A stretch of 64,000 nt of DNA from Leptospiraceae bacterium (GCA_040217195.1 JAVJNR010000004.1:192001-256000); one strand, 5' to 3'; shown: positions 39,037 to 50,276, numbered from the stretch's first letter. The notes: generated from the letters alone by a model not told the origin. Translations and numbers: made by a program.

Positions 39037-39159
39037 TTCTACTAACCAATGGTTGTACCTTCGTCCACCTAAATAGTAGTCATTCCCGTAGGAAATCAAA
39101 CCATGGATACCTGTGGCATCCGCGGAGGCCGGTTCGATTCTCAGAGAAATATCCTAAAA

Positions 39160-39867
39160 TCAATCTCTGGATTGCTCTTCCAATTGCATCATATAGCCGA
39201 GCGCATCGGCTACTATATCTCTGCATTCAGGGAATAGTGACTGAAAAGCAGTGAAGTCCTGCTCAAAGATAAAGCTTACATAAGCCTGGGCGAAGCAACA
39301 TTCTTTTAGACTGAGACCACTGTCAAAGGGCAATGGCCCGCTTTCTTCCGACTCGGAGGCAGTTGAGCTCTCGCTTTCTGGAAGATTTTCGGCCCCCTGT
39401 TGAGCTGCACAAATGAAAGGTCCAAATCCAAGCAGGATAGCCACAAGAGTTGTGATGGGCATTTCCTCATCCTCATGCCATCCCTGACCTTCGTCCGGAC
39501 GTTTGAGTGAAATGAACAATCCTGCCAGAGCCAGTGCAAGAACAGCGGGCATATTTACCGGATGGCCCAGGTCCCATTCATTTACATCAAAGTGAACTTC
39601 ATTGTTCTGTACTTCAAAAAAGATTCCTGGCTGATCCATGGCGGCCACGGTCATGCCTTCAAAAGGCAGACCCAGTTCTTGAATCCAGGACTCCATTACT
39701 GCATGGGCTGCCGCTTCTGCATCGGTCTTCTGAAGCGAAACCCAGTCACCTTTAAGCGGTACCGGCTCGTCGGCCCAGAATGGCTCATCTCCATAGAAAG
39801 CCAGAAGCTCTTCGCTATGTTCGATTAGCCAGTCACGATTCTCCAGCTCTTCAATCCAGGGTACCAT
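39160..39867 (-). CDS. hypothetical acidic protein
   Basis: 235 aa ORF co-oriented with neighbours; no family recognised. Confidence 0.65.
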   Translation of the reverse strand: MVPWIEELENRDWLIEHSEELLAFYGDEPFWADEPVPLKGDWVSLQKTDAEAAAHAVMESWIQELGLPFEGMTVAAMDQPGIFFEVQNNEVHFDVNEWDLGHPVNMPAVLALALAGLFISLKRPDEGQGWHEDEEMPITTLVAILLGFGPFICAAQQGAENLPESESSTASESEESGPLPFDSGLSLKECCFAQAYVSFIFEQDFTAFQSLFPECRDIVADALGYMMQLEEQSRD

Positions 39868-39990
39868 GGGGGCACAGTTTTCATCGCCATCGAACCGTCA
39901 ATCCAGCTTGTTACAGTGGCAATTTCTGCTGTGGTTCTGGTATACGAAGTCATCCGCTGCAAAACGAATGCGAATAATCCCTGAGAGGAA

Positions 39991-40920
39991 TCAGAGGTTT
40001 TCTGATCTTTCTTTTTCCGTTGCACTTAGACGATGGTGAAAGAAGTCCACTGTATATCTCAGACTCTCTTCATTCACTCCCGTAGTTGTGGAAATGTGTC
40101 CATCCGGGAGCTCCACAAGACGTATGGATCCACCTTTTTCGGCCATGGCCTCTTCCAGCTTTCGGGCATGGTGAACCGGTACAATCCAGTCATAGGTTCC
40201 ATGAATGAGCAGTATTGGTGGTGCTGTTCTGGAAGCATGATAAAGAGGAGAGGCCTGTTCATAGATTTCCGGATTGGTGCGATATTCAGCCTGCAGCAAT
40301 CGATGCATGGTAACAATATCTCCGTACGCAGTCAAATCGGTGGGCGCGCCGGCGGTTGCCACTGCCTGAACTCTGTATTCCGGACTTCCCGGAAGAAGAC
40401 CCAGTAAAAGTGCAAGATGGCCTCCAGCTGAGTAACCCAGCACCCCTATTCTTTCCGGATCCATGGACCAGGAATTTGCATTGGATCGCATGTACTGAAT
40501 GGCCCTTCGCACATCCTCAATCTGAGCCGGATACGGATGATCCGGAGCCAGCCTGTAATTTGCATTCATAACAACAAATCCCTGAGCTGCCAGCTGCCTG
40601 GCCACTTCGGCCATCCGCTCCTTGTTTCCCCTTTGCCAGCTTCCTCCATGCAGAACCAGAATGCCTGGCCGGTTCTTACCTGGCTCGGAGGGAAGGTAAA
40701 CATCAGCCTTCAAATGGTAATCCCGGGATTCACTGTAAATGAGGTCCGTCTGAAATTCGTAAGTTGTCCGGGGCTGAACCTCCGGGCCCGAGCAGGATAC
40801 GGAGGCCGATAAAAGCGCCAGGGGCAGGATGACCAATAGCGGAAATAAAGCGAATAGCCCCTTCAGCGACGGTTTACGTAGAAACAAATAAAAGCCCGAT
40901 CCATGGTTCATTGGAGTCAT
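39991..40920 (-). CDS. alpha/beta hydrolase (HSL-like esterase), probable lipoprotein
   Basis: HGGSW, NYRLAP, GYSAGGHL, HGTYD, GH. Confidence 0.9.
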   Translation of the reverse strand: MTPMNHGSGFYLFLRKPSLKGLFALFPLLVILPLALLSASVSCSGPEVQPRTTYEFQTDLIYSESRDYHLKADVYLPSEPGKNRPGILVLHGGSWQRGNKERMAEVARQLAAQGFVVMNANYRLAPDHPYPAQIEDVRRAIQYMRSNANSWSMDPERIGVLGYSAGGHLALLLGLLPGSPEYRVQAVATAGAPTDLTAYGDIVTMHRLLQAEYRTNPEIYEQASPLYHASRTAPPILLIHGTYDWIVPVHHARKLEEAMAEKGGSIRLVELPDGHISTTTGVNEESLRYTVDFFHHRLSATEKERSENL

Positions 40921-41133
40921 CCTGAGAAAAAAAAGTGCACCAGAGCTGATTTCTCCGGTCTATCAGGTTCGATCTCCGCCCCGGGTAGTTACATCCGGCC
41001 TTCCCCTACAGAATTTCCGGCCTATGTCGCGTTTCAGGCATTGCTGTACCGTCTGCATGGCATCTTGACTTCAATCGGCGGTGGATCAGAAATGGTCCGT
41101 CTCGAGCAGAGAGCATTACAGTGAGGAAAAATT

Positions 41134-42900
41134 ATGATAAATAGCAACTATTTTCAGGACAATCCGGATCTGCAGCTGAGCTACAACAGCCTGATAGACT
41201 GGAAGGAGATCATCGAAGCGTATGAACAGGGTTTCGGTGATGCAAAAAAGTACAAAGAAAGCGGGGATGAAAGCCTGGCAATGGCTCCCAATAACGTAGA
41301 AGAAGCAAAGGATTATTACACATCCGTACTGGAGTCTCTGGGAGAATTGATGGGCACCATGGTCTCCCAGAAAAGCCAGGAAATGGATCATGAAGGTCTG
41401 AAATACAAAGATGGAAAAGTCACTTTTCCAAAAGCACAAGAAGAGTGTTATGAGGCGCTGCGCGATGCCGGCCTGATGCCCATGGCCATTAGCCGAAAAT
41501 ACCATGGCCTGGGATTACCAGTTCTGGTACAGGCCCTGGGATGCGACATTGCAGCCCGTGCCGATGCAGCATTCTGCCTGGCTTTCGGAAACATTAATAT
41601 TGTGGAAATCATGGAGCGATTTGCCAGCCAGGAAATGTGCGAAAAATGGCTGCCCGATATTGCCGATGGAAAATACAGCGCGGCCATGGCGCTTACCGAA
41701 CCAAACTACGGTTCCGACCTTCCAAGTGTTCAAACCAAAGCAGTTCAGGGCGATGATGGTGTCTGGCGACTTACCGGTACCAAACGGTTTATTACGCATG
41801 CCTGTGGGTACATTGATGCTCCCAGCGTAATTTTGACCCTGGCGAGAACCGGATCGCCCACCAGCGGAGCCAGAGGATTGTCATTCTTTCTGGTACAGGG
41901 AAAAGATGTACATGTAGCCAATATCGAACATAAGATGGGGCTGCATTGCTCTCCTACCTGCGAAGTAGTTTTCGAAGATGCTCCTGGAGAGCTAATTGGA
42001 AAAACTGGATACGGACTGGTAAAATATAGCATGGGCATGATGAATGCTGCAAGGCTTACCATCGCTGCACAATCTCTGGGAATTGCCAATGGCGCCTATT
42101 TCGAAGCTAAAAAGTACGCATCGGAACGAATTCAGTTCGGTAAACCTATAGAAGAGATACCGGCCGTAAAGAAGATGCTGGATAAAATGGAAAGGGAGAT
42201 CGTTGCCTCAAGAGCCCTGGTAATTGAAGCAGCAAGATCCATCGATCTATACCACTGGAAAAAGGAGCATCTTCTAAAAGAAGAAGGTAAGCCAGAGAAA
42301 GAAGTGAACCGAGATGAAAACCTTCGATTCTGGGAGAAGATGGCCGACCTACTAACTCCTCTCAGCAAGTACTATGCATCCGAAGGATGTATCGATGTAG
42401 CGGACGATGCTATCCAGATCCATGGAGGGGCAGGCTATACCGAAGAGTATGATGTGGCTCGCATCTATCGAGATAGTCGAATCACCACAATCTACGAAGG
42501 TACGACTCAACTTCAAACTGTGGCTTCCATCGGTGGAGTCGTGGCAGGAATGTCTCCCACAGGCGTGCTTCGCCAGTACATAGAGCGGGAAATGAATGCC
42601 ATAAATCCCAGCGAAGATTTGCGATCGCTCAAGGAAAGTCTGGAACAATGTGTTCTAGACTATAAGTCCATCTCTTCTGGAAAGAAAAAGGATGAGCTGG
42701 CTTTTGAAGTTGTAGAAACAGCCTCTCGATTCCTGTGCGGTCTGCTCCTGGAACGATCCATGCAAAAACTTACCGGGGAAGACCTGGAAAAAAGACAGAA
42801 ACTCACCGAGCAGTATAATCTGGACTCGCTGGCAATGGTTGAAGGCAATAAGATGAAACTCAGCCGTGCAGCGGCCAGTGCTGCTGTGGCAGCCGGCTAA
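41134..42900 (+). CDS. acyl-CoA dehydrogenase
   Basis: MALTEPNYGSD, GTKRFIT, HKMG, RIQFGKPI, IQIHGGAGY, IYEGT. Confidence 0.95.
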   Translation: MINSNYFQDNPDLQLSYNSLIDWKEIIEAYEQGFGDAKKYKESGDESLAMAPNNVEEAKDYYTSVLESLGELMGTMVSQKSQEMDHEGLKYKDGKVTFPKAQEECYEALRDAGLMPMAISRKYHGLGLPVLVQALGCDIAARADAAFCLAFGNINIVEIMERFASQEMCEKWLPDIADGKYSAAMALTEPNYGSDLPSVQTKAVQGDDGVWRLTGTKRFITHACGYIDAPSVILTLARTGSPTSGARGLSFFLVQGKDVHVANIEHKMGLHCSPTCEVVFEDAPGELIGKTGYGLVKYSMGMMNAARLTIAAQSLGIANGAYFEAKKYASERIQFGKPIEEIPAVKKMLDKMEREIVASRALVIEAARSIDLYHWKKEHLLKEEGKPEKEVNRDENLRFWEKMADLLTPLSKYYASEGCIDVADDAIQIHGGAGYTEEYDVARIYRDSRITTIYEGTTQLQTVASIGGVVAGMSPTGVLRQYIEREMNAINPSEDLRSLKESLEQCVLDYKSISSGKKKDELAFEVVETASRFLCGLLLERSMQKLTGEDLEKRQKLTEQYNLDSLAMVEGNKMKLSRAAASAAVAAG

Positions 42901-42942
42901 TACTCTACTGGCCCCGAAGGCCAATTGGTTTGCGGTGAAACG

Positions 42943-42975
42943 GGCGGAGCTGATATTCAGTTCCGCCTTTTTCTT
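42943..42975 (+). terminator. intrinsic terminator
   Basis: GGCGGAGCTGA-TAT-TCAGTTCCGCC followed by TTTTTCTT. Confidence 0.85.
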
Positions 42976-43073
42976 GCATTCATGGCTAGCCACATCATCA
43001 TCGAATTAGAATTATTCGCAGATAATCGCCGCCGAATTCAGATCCCAATGAGTTCGGAATTCCAGACAATTCC

Positions 43074-44438
43074 ATGGCAGGCATACAGAAATTGAAAGAG
43101 ATCCAACACAAGGCCCCTTTTCACAGAGGTAGCTCCTTTATTCTGGGAAGCCTGCCTGACCTGGAAAATGATCCCGCAGGATTCATGGCTACCATGCTGG
43201 AGAACTACGACGAAGTAGTGCAGTTTAGAATGGCAACCGAAAAAGTGCATTTATGTATTCATCCAGAATCCGTTTCCCATGTACTTCATGAAAACCATAT
43301 GAATTACGATAAGCAGGTATTCGATTACCGGATGATGGGAAACCGACTTCTGGGTAAAGGTCTGCTAACCAATGACGGACCTTTCTGGTTGAAACAACGC
43401 CGATTGGCCCAGCCTGCATTTCATCAAAAAAAGATCCAGAGTTACAGTCAGATCATGCAGAAATGCACCGAGGATTTTCTGGAAAGCTGGAATTCCAGAG
43501 ACGGAGAAGTGATGGATATGAGCTCGGAGATGGCCGGACTCACCCTGCGAATCGTTGGACTGACACTATTTGGAAAAGATATGATTAATGAGTCCTCGCA
43601 AATAGGCGAGGCACTATCGGATGCCAATTATTTATTAACTCGTCGAATATTTTCGGGAATCCCGGACTTTATACGATTTATGCCCCTGGATAGAAAACTG
43701 AAATCGGCTGCCAACAGGCTTCGAGAAGCGGTGGATGAAATTATCCATGAGCGAAAGGGGCGAGAAGAAGACTACGAAGATCTGCTCTCCATGCTAATGA
43801 TGGCCCGGGATGAAGGCCAGGGTATGAGCTACACTCAGCTTCGCGACGAAGTACTGACTCTGCTATTGGCTGGCCATGAAACTACAGCCAATACACTGAC
43901 CTGGACTTTGCATCTGCTTTCCAGGAATGAGAAAGAACAGGATAGCGTGGCCCGGGAGTGCCGCGAAGTAGTCCAGAGAAAGGTTCCTGATTTCAAGGAG
44001 GTGCAAGACCTGGAGCTAGCCAGACGGGTCATCCTGGAATCAATGCGGCTCTATCCTCCAGCCTGGTCCATTGCCAGACGATGCAAAGAAAAGGATGAAA
44101 TAATGGGATATTCCATTGAGCCCAATTCTTTGATCTTTCTTTCTCAGCTCGTAACTCACAGACATCCTGCATTCTGGACGGAACCTGAGAGATTCCAGCC
44201 CTCACGATTTGGGCCAGAGCAAAGCAAGTCCAGGCATTCCTACGCTTTTTTTCCGTTCGGTGGAGGACCCAGACTGTGCATCGGCGCTGACTTTGCTATG
44301 ATGGAATCTGTGATGATCCTCGGTTCCCTTATGCAACAGTTTAGAGTAGAACCAATACGTGAAAATGTGGACATGGAGCTTTTGATCACTCTGCGGCCCC
44401 GGGACGGTCTTCCACTGAGAATCCATAGGCGACATTAG
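43074..44438 (+). CDS. cytochrome P450
   Basis: AGHETT, ESMR, PERF, FGGGPRLCIG. Confidence 0.95.
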   Translation: MAGIQKLKEIQHKAPFHRGSSFILGSLPDLENDPAGFMATMLENYDEVVQFRMATEKVHLCIHPESVSHVLHENHMNYDKQVFDYRMMGNRLLGKGLLTNDGPFWLKQRRLAQPAFHQKKIQSYSQIMQKCTEDFLESWNSRDGEVMDMSSEMAGLTLRIVGLTLFGKDMINESSQIGEALSDANYLLTRRIFSGIPDFIRFMPLDRKLKSAANRLREAVDEIIHERKGREEDYEDLLSMLMMARDEGQGMSYTQLRDEVLTLLLAGHETTANTLTWTLHLLSRNEKEQDSVARECREVVQRKVPDFKEVQDLELARRVILESMRLYPPAWSIARRCKEKDEIMGYSIEPNSLIFLSQLVTHRHPAFWTEPERFQPSRFGPEQSKSRHSYAFFPFGGGPRLCIGADFAMMESVMILGSLMQQFRVEPIRENVDMELLITLRPRDGLPLRIHRRH

Positions 44439-44575
44439 GCGGGCACCGAACCTTAATGTAGCGACCTGAACAGAGTCTTCTAAAAAAAATTACAATCTGC
44501 ATCGCAGAAATTCGATCTGATAGTCCCTGACAAGATGGGCCAGGGGCTTGCCAGAAGCTTTTATCGTCGATTTAG

Positions 44576-45034
44576 CTATTCCGGAATACCGCATCCATAG
44601 GGTGCAGGTTCCGGCGGTCGCGGCAGACCGGTAACTACTACTACATTATCTCTTAATTCCAGTTCCCAGGGACCATCCAGATAGGAGTACATGTATCCAA
44701 AGCGAAGCTCAAAAACGGAATTTGCCTGACTTTGAATAGTAAACCTGCAAAACGGTGATCCTTTTCCCATGTTAGACCAGCCCTTTACTGCATTTCGAAA
44801 GGCAGCTATACGATCATCGCATTGATCCCTGGAGAGGTTCTGATCATGAAACCAGTGATTGGAAATGCGCTCATAGTCGAAGTGGGAGTGGATGTTTATG
44901 GAGGAGGACTCGCATACTTTTCGCTGAATCTCCAGAAGAGCACTTCTATGTTGCTGGGCAGGCTGAGCAATCAGGGATATGGGAACCAGAAAAACCAGCG
45001 CCTTAAAAATCTTTGCGTAAGATTGCATACTCAT
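44576..45034 (-). CDS. hypothetical secreted protein
   Basis: Signal-peptide-like start at ATG 45034 (ORF track starts at 45124 inside the kinase). Confidence 0.55.
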   Translation of the reverse strand: MSMQSYAKIFKALVFLVPISLIAQPAQQHRSALLEIQRKVCESSSINIHSHFDYERISNHWFHDQNLSRDQCDDRIAAFRNAVKGWSNMGKGSPFCRFTIQSQANSVFELRFGYMYSYLDGPWELELRDNVVVVTGLPRPPEPAPYGCGIPE

Positions 45035-45101
45035 ACTACAACTGCCCGAATCGTTGTTTTGAAAATTAGCATCGGCGAAAGTAACGGGATCTGTCTTTCT
45101 T

Positions 45102-47039
45102 TCATCCGGCTTCTGCGGCTCCACTAATGCCCGGGAAATTCTTTTCCAGAGCGGCTTTCAAATCCTCGATCATAAGCGGCTTGGACAGAAAATCGTTCAT
45201 CCCTGCATCCAGACATACCTGTTTATCCTCTTCCAGAATACCTGCCGAAAGTGCAATTACCGGCACATTCCTGATCGAAGCCTGGCTGTGATTTCGAATC
45301 AGCTGCGTTGCATCCAGTCCATTCATTACCGGCATCATCTTATCCATCAGTACTAAATCGAAACTTTCCTCTTCCAGTATTTGCAGAGCAACCTCACCGT
45401 TTCCGGCTACTCGGGGCGAATGCCCCAGTTCTTCCAGAAATCGCCTGGCAACAAGCTGGCTTACTGCATCGTCTTCCACAACCAGAATACGCAATCCACT
45501 CACAGGTTGACGGACCGAAACTTTCTCTGTCTCCGCTTCGGTTGGCTGCTTGATGGGTATCCGAAACCAGAAGCAAACAGCGTTTGCTCCATTCATTTGC
45601 TCATTTCTGGCGCCGATCTGCCCACCCATGATTTTCACCAACTCCTTGCATATGGATAAACCCAGACCAGATCCACGATATTCGGCCCCTGAATTCGCCT
45701 GATAGAATGCAGAGAAGATACTGGCCAGGTTCTTCTCCGACAGATGGGGCCCAGAGTTTAGAACTTCACAATATATGGCAGAGCTTTCCACCGAGCCAGC
45801 CCGAATCTCAATAACCGATCCTGTAGAGAACTTGATGGCATTATCCAGCAGATTCATCAAGATCTGAGTGATTCGTCCGGAGTCTCCAGTCATACTCTCC
45901 GGAAGCTGGCCAATCTTGCACTGTATTTTGATGCCTTTCTCTCCGGCGCGAAAAGACATTACGTCCACAGTATTGCGAATCAGTCTTGTAACATCCAGAG
46001 TACCTTCCTGCAGTTTCAAATACCCGGCTTCCATCCTGGAGAAATCGAGAATGGTACTTAAAAGCCCCAGTACATGTTTGCCGGACTGCTGAATCACATC
46101 CACGTAATGCCGGGCGTTCTCGTTGAGCTTTTCGCTCTCAAGCAGGGTAGCCATCCCTATGACTCCGTTCAATGGTGTGCGAATCTCATGACTGATATTG
46201 GCCAGGAATCGGCTTTTTGCGGCGCTGGCATCTGCAGCCACTCTCTGTGCTTCAATTAAATCCTTCTGATATTTTTGTAGCTGAGTACGATCCAGAATGA
46301 TGGCCAGAAAGACTGCAGGGTCTTCAGGCAATAGTTGCAGACGTACTTCCACAGGATATGTACTTCCATTCTTGCGAAGATGGTAGGTTTCAAAAACGAT
46401 CAGATCTTTATTACCGTCTCGAAGTGGGGCGAGCATGGTTTCAAAGCCAGATAGGTCGAATTCTGGCTTCAAGTCCAGCGGAGTCATGGATTCAAGCTCT
46501 TCCATGGTGTAACCCAGGTTCTGTCGGGCCCCCAGACTGACCTCCATGAACTGAAGGGACCGGGCATGAAATAGAAAGATCTCATCAAAGGAACTCTGTA
46601 ACAGTAGACTTAATCGGTCCTGCAGCGATCTTTCGCGGTAGGCTCTGGATAAATCCCGGGCAACCACTGACATTCCCATCACCCGTCCGCTCTCTGCGCG
46701 AATGGGGGCAATAGTAACGAAAAGCCGAATTCTGCGGCCATCCTTATGCAGACGGACCATTTCTCCGCTTACAGTCTGCCCCTGAGCCACCCGGCGAAGA
46801 TTTTCCTTTTCTTCATTTGCCAGTTCTTCTGGAATCAATCTATATATGGATTGGCCGATTATCTCTTCCGAAGTGAAACCGAAGATTCTTTCTGCAGCCG
46901 GATTCCATCCGTACACTTCACCTTCCAGATTCTTGGCCAGGATTGCATCATCGGAAGATTCGATAATGGCAGCCAGCGTTCGCTGCAGAATCAGTGGATC
47001 TGCCTGATCCAGACTCCATAAATCGAAATGTTCTTCCAA
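45102..47039 (-). CDS. soluble hybrid histidine kinase (2 PAS, HisKA, HATPase, REC)
   Basis: WNPAAERIFG; FLANISHEIRTPLNG; NLLDNAIKF; GSGLGL; VEDD, LMD, KP. Confidence 0.93.
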   Translation of the reverse strand: MEEHFDLWSLDQADPLILQRTLAAIIESSDDAILAKNLEGEVYGWNPAAERIFGFTSEEIIGQSIYRLIPEELANEEKENLRRVAQGQTVSGEMVRLHKDGRRIRLFVTIAPIRAESGRVMGMSVVARDLSRAYRERSLQDRLSLLLQSSFDEIFLFHARSLQFMEVSLGARQNLGYTMEELESMTPLDLKPEFDLSGFETMLAPLRDGNKDLIVFETYHLRKNGSTYPVEVRLQLLPEDPAVFLAIILDRTQLQKYQKDLIEAQRVAADASAAKSRFLANISHEIRTPLNGVIGMATLLESEKLNENARHYVDVIQQSGKHVLGLLSTILDFSRMEAGYLKLQEGTLDVTRLIRNTVDVMSFRAGEKGIKIQCKIGQLPESMTGDSGRITQILMNLLDNAIKFSTGSVIEIRAGSVESSAIYCEVLNSGPHLSEKNLASIFSAFYQANSGAEYRGSGLGLSICKELVKIMGGQIGARNEQMNGANAVCFWFRIPIKQPTEAETEKVSVRQPVSGLRILVVEDDAVSQLVARRFLEELGHSPRVAGNGEVALQILEEESFDLVLMDKMMPVMNGLDATQLIRNHSQASIRNVPVIALSAGILEEDKQVCLDAGMNDFLSKPLMIEDLKAALEKNFPGISGAAEAG

Positions 47040-47240
47040 AATACCCTGCCCTTCTTTCAGATCTCAAATCTCGGTTCAGTCCGGTTTATACAATAGACAA
47101 ACCGCAGAATCAAACGGTTCACTCGTAATGCCCGGATCAGACGTTTCTATAAAATGTGGAATTTGTCCATCAGTAAAGTGTATTTAAGGACTTTTTGAGT
47201 GTATCTTGACAGCGTCTGTATTGCGAAGAGCATAATCAAT

Positions 47241-47936
47241 ATGCGACTTGATACAGGCACACAATTCAGATTCACCATGGCCGGATATCTGTTTATAGGT
47301 ACAGGCACTGTCTTCCTGCTGGGTTTTGTTTCACGTGCCATATATGGATTTATGGGGCAGCCGGAGCATTCTCCTTTTGGCTACCTGGCTCTGGCCTGGC
47401 TAATGGTAATTTTCATCATTGTGGGTCGCATCATTCTACAAATGCGAGGTGATGTATCTGATAAAGATACCTACCTATCCAGACATGATCCAGCCAGGAG
47501 ACCGCGAACCAGTGTTCCCGGAAACTGGACAGGTCGATTCGTTGGCTGGATATTCTTCGGAGTAGGCTCAACCTTTGCCATGCTGGCAGCCAGCTGGTTA
47601 CAGGGCACTCCGATCTATGGCAGAACTCTGGTGCTGGGTGTCATTTTTACAATTCTGGGCGCTATCATTCTGATTGTTACCTATCGAGCGTTGTACATTT
47701 CCGGTGGGGATGCAAAGATTCAAACCAAACAGGAGGCCAAACCATTTGCCATGCTGGGACTAATTGTAGCCGCTCTGGTTCTTCTGGTCTTTGCGGCGCT
47801 TGGGGTACTGGTCCTTATTAAGAATCCAGATAACTGGGGCGGCGCTGTCTTTATGTTTTCCTTTCCTGTTCTGGGTATCATCATCTTTCTTTTTGTTAGA
47901 AGTAGAAAGATGAAAGCCCGAAGAATACAGGAGTAG
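47241..47936 (+). CDS. hypothetical membrane protein (about 6 TM)
   Basis: Six hydrophobic segments; ATG 47241 preferred over GTG 47199. Confidence 0.65.
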   Translation: MRLDTGTQFRFTMAGYLFIGTGTVFLLGFVSRAIYGFMGQPEHSPFGYLALAWLMVIFIIVGRIILQMRGDVSDKDTYLSRHDPARRPRTSVPGNWTGRFVGWIFFGVGSTFAMLAASWLQGTPIYGRTLVLGVIFTILGAIILIVTYRALYISGGDAKIQTKQEAKPFAMLGLIVAALVLLVFAALGVLVLIKNPDNWGGAVFMFSFPVLGIIIFLFVRSRKMKARRIQE

Positions 47937-48025
47937 AACCGATCCCTGGATACCGTCTCCCAGATTTCAGTGTTCTACTATCGCACTATCAGTCTCCGGG
48001 GCTGAGTTCTGTTCTTGAGGCACCT

Positions 48026-48655
48026 CTATTTGCTTTCTATCCGCTGCAAAGCCCGCAGTTCATGCCAGACTCCAAGTATAATTTTGTTGGCACTCAAAGT
48101 GTAGAATATACAGGCATTCATAGTCTGCCACCATTCCCAGTGAAAGACCATTCGCAGACCCAGGGCAAGAAGAGTAACCAGCACAGTGGAGATCAGAGCT
48201 TCGCTTATATGCGCTTCTCGCTCGCTAAGAAATTCTCGAGCAATTTCCAGTCCATTCATAAGTCCCATGAACCAGAGGATGGCCAGATTATAAAGAAAAC
48301 TGTAACCGGCAAAAAAGAGGCTCAGATAATCGTCCTGCGACGTCTTGCCCCAGGTAACAAAGGCTACCGAAACTGCCAGCCAGCCTCCCCCTCCTACCAT
48401 AAAGAAGACCTCCCTGGTGGACTTTTCCTGATTCGACCAGAGGTGCTTTATAGACAGATACATACTTATGACAACACTCATGCCGTAGACGAAAAAGACC
48501 GGATTGAAGGAAAACAGAATGCTTTTCCAGATTAGATCTACATCCAGAATAAGCATAAGAAGGAAACTATAGTTCAAACAAAACAGAGATACCTCATCGT
48601 ATCCGAGGAAATCCAGCACCCTCTGTAAAAAGTTCCTATTTTTCTGAGTCGCCAT
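48026..48655 (-). CDS. hypothetical membrane protein
   Basis: 209 aa with multiple hydrophobic segments. Confidence 0.65.
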   Translation of the reverse strand: MATQKNRNFLQRVLDFLGYDEVSLFCLNYSFLLMLILDVDLIWKSILFSFNPVFFVYGMSVVISMYLSIKHLWSNQEKSTREVFFMVGGGGWLAVSVAFVTWGKTSQDDYLSLFFAGYSFLYNLAILWFMGLMNGLEIAREFLSEREAHISEALISTVLVTLLALGLRMVFHWEWWQTMNACIFYTLSANKIILGVWHELRALQRIESK

Positions 48656-49086
48656 AATAATCGACTGAGTCGGACTGTAAGATGGATCCTCCGGATTCTA
48701 AATTGCAGGATTCAGCGACCCGACGCCGAGAAAAAGTCCATCCATTGCCTGCGGCCTCTGTCAACCCTGCAACCAGTTCAAGCTCTGTTAGATACTGAAT
48801 CGATTCACAGTAACTGGCAATCCAGAAGCCAGACAGAATTCGGCCCATGTAAGAAGTTCATCTGACTACCAGAACCAACGTCATCCAGATTAAACCTACG
48901 GGCAAGACCGATAAGGACCGGTTCGAACCAGAAAGGGCCCGGACCCTGGACCAAACCTCAGGAGCACTTCCGGCAACCCAATTTCCCTGCAGAGCTGCGC
49001 TTTGAATCCACCGTAATAATTGGAGGAAACCGCACATTGAAATCCGTCCGCGCCGAGTTTAATCGGAATTTTTTGTTGACCAACGC

Positions 49087-49111
49087 AATTCCCACTATTT
49101 TTGTAGGAATT
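49087..49111 (+). promoter_or_regulatory. candidate Rrf2-family (CymR-like) operator at the cysK promoter
   Basis: AATTCCCAC-TATTTTT-GTAGGAATT (8 of 9 arm positions pair), just after TTGACC at 49076-49081. Confidence 0.55.
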
Positions 49112-49197
49112 AAGAATAGATCGGAGGGGCATGACCCCGGGAGTGGCGCTACAGACTTCTTCCGCAGGCGGCTCAACACCGAACAGGAGATTGAATT

Positions 49198-50190
49198 ATG
49201 AAAGTCTATGAAGATAATTCGCTGGCCATTGGAAGAACCCCGCTGGTAAAACTAAACAGAGTAACCGAAGGGGCCTATGCCAATGTCTATGCAAAGATTG
49301 AAGGCAGGAACCCTGCGTATTCAGTAAAATGCCGGATTGGCGCCAACATGATCTGGGATGCAGAAAAGAGCGGCAAACTGAAAAAGGGCATGGAAATCGT
49401 AGAGCCCACTTCAGGCAATACTGGAATTGCCCTGGCATTTGTGGCGGCAGCACGCGGCTATAAGCTAACCCTTACCATGCCAGAGTCCATGTCACTGGAA
49501 CGAAGAAAAGTCCTGAAAGCCTTTGGAGCCAACCTGGTACTTACGGAAGCGGCCAAAGGAATGAAAGGTGCAATCCAGAAGGCAGCGGAAATTGCAGAAA
49601 GCGATCCTGCAAAGTATTTCCTGCCTCAACAATTCGACAATCCTGCCAACCCGGCCATCCATGAACAAACCACCGGTCCGGAAATCTGGGATGATACCGA
49701 TGGAAATATCGATATACTGGTAGCTGGAGTGGGAACAGGCGGAACCATTACTGGCGTTAGTCGTTACATTAAGAACGGTAAGAAAAAAGCCATCTCCTCT
49801 GTGGCAGTAGAGCCAGTCCATTCCCCGGTGATCGCACAAACAATCAAAGGTGAAGAACCGACTCCAGGGCCTCATAAGATTCAAGGTATCGGTGCTGGGT
49901 TCGTTCCCAAGAACCTGGACCTCAGTCTTGTGGACGAAGTGGAGCAAGTCAGTAACGATGAAGCTGTGGAAATGGCTCAACGACTTGCAAAAGAAGAAGG
50001 TATCCTCTGTGGGATTTCTTGCGGCGCTGCAGCAGTTGCTGCCATTCGCCAGGCAAAACGGCCAGAGAACGATGGCAAAAACATTGTAGTAATCCTTCCG
50101 GATGGAGGCGAGCGCTATCTATCCAGTGTCCTTTTCGAAGGTATGTTTACTGGCGTGGAATCCGCTTCCGCTTCAGAAAGCGTAATCTAA
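49198..50190 (+). CDS. cysK: cysteine synthase A
   Basis: [48 protein letters not shown]. Confidence 0.97.
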   Translation: MKVYEDNSLAIGRTPLVKLNRVTEGAYANVYAKIEGRNPAYSVKCRIGANMIWDAEKSGKLKKGMEIVEPTSGNTGIALAFVAAARGYKLTLTMPESMSLERRKVLKAFGANLVLTEAAKGMKGAIQKAAEIAESDPAKYFLPQQFDNPANPAIHEQTTGPEIWDDTDGNIDILVAGVGTGGTITGVSRYIKNGKKKAISSVAVEPVHSPVIAQTIKGEEPTPGPHKIQGIGAGFVPKNLDLSLVDEVEQVSNDEAVEMAQRLAKEEGILCGISCGAAAVAAIRQAKRPENDGKNIVVILPDGGERYLSSVLFEGMFTGVESASASESVI

Positions 50191-50250
50191 TTCGAAGGCA
50201 AACATCGAACCGGCTGCATCGCTATTTGCATACGATGCGCCAATGCCAGA

Positions 50251-50276
50251 GGGGGCCTGTGCCCCCTTTTCTTTTT
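50251..50276 (+). terminator. intrinsic terminator
   Basis: GGGGGC-CTGT-GCCCCC-TTTTCTTTTT. Confidence 0.85.

Noticed and set aside
48636..49179. 70-78 aa minus-strand ORFs upstream of cysK
   Set aside because: No clear RBS or protein features; they overlap each other and the cysK promoter.
48880..49197. SAM-I or SAH riboswitch upstream of cysK
   Set aside because: Only scattered words (ATCCAGA, CGGCAACC, GGCGCT, CAGG) without the required order and pairing; an Rfam scan would settle it.
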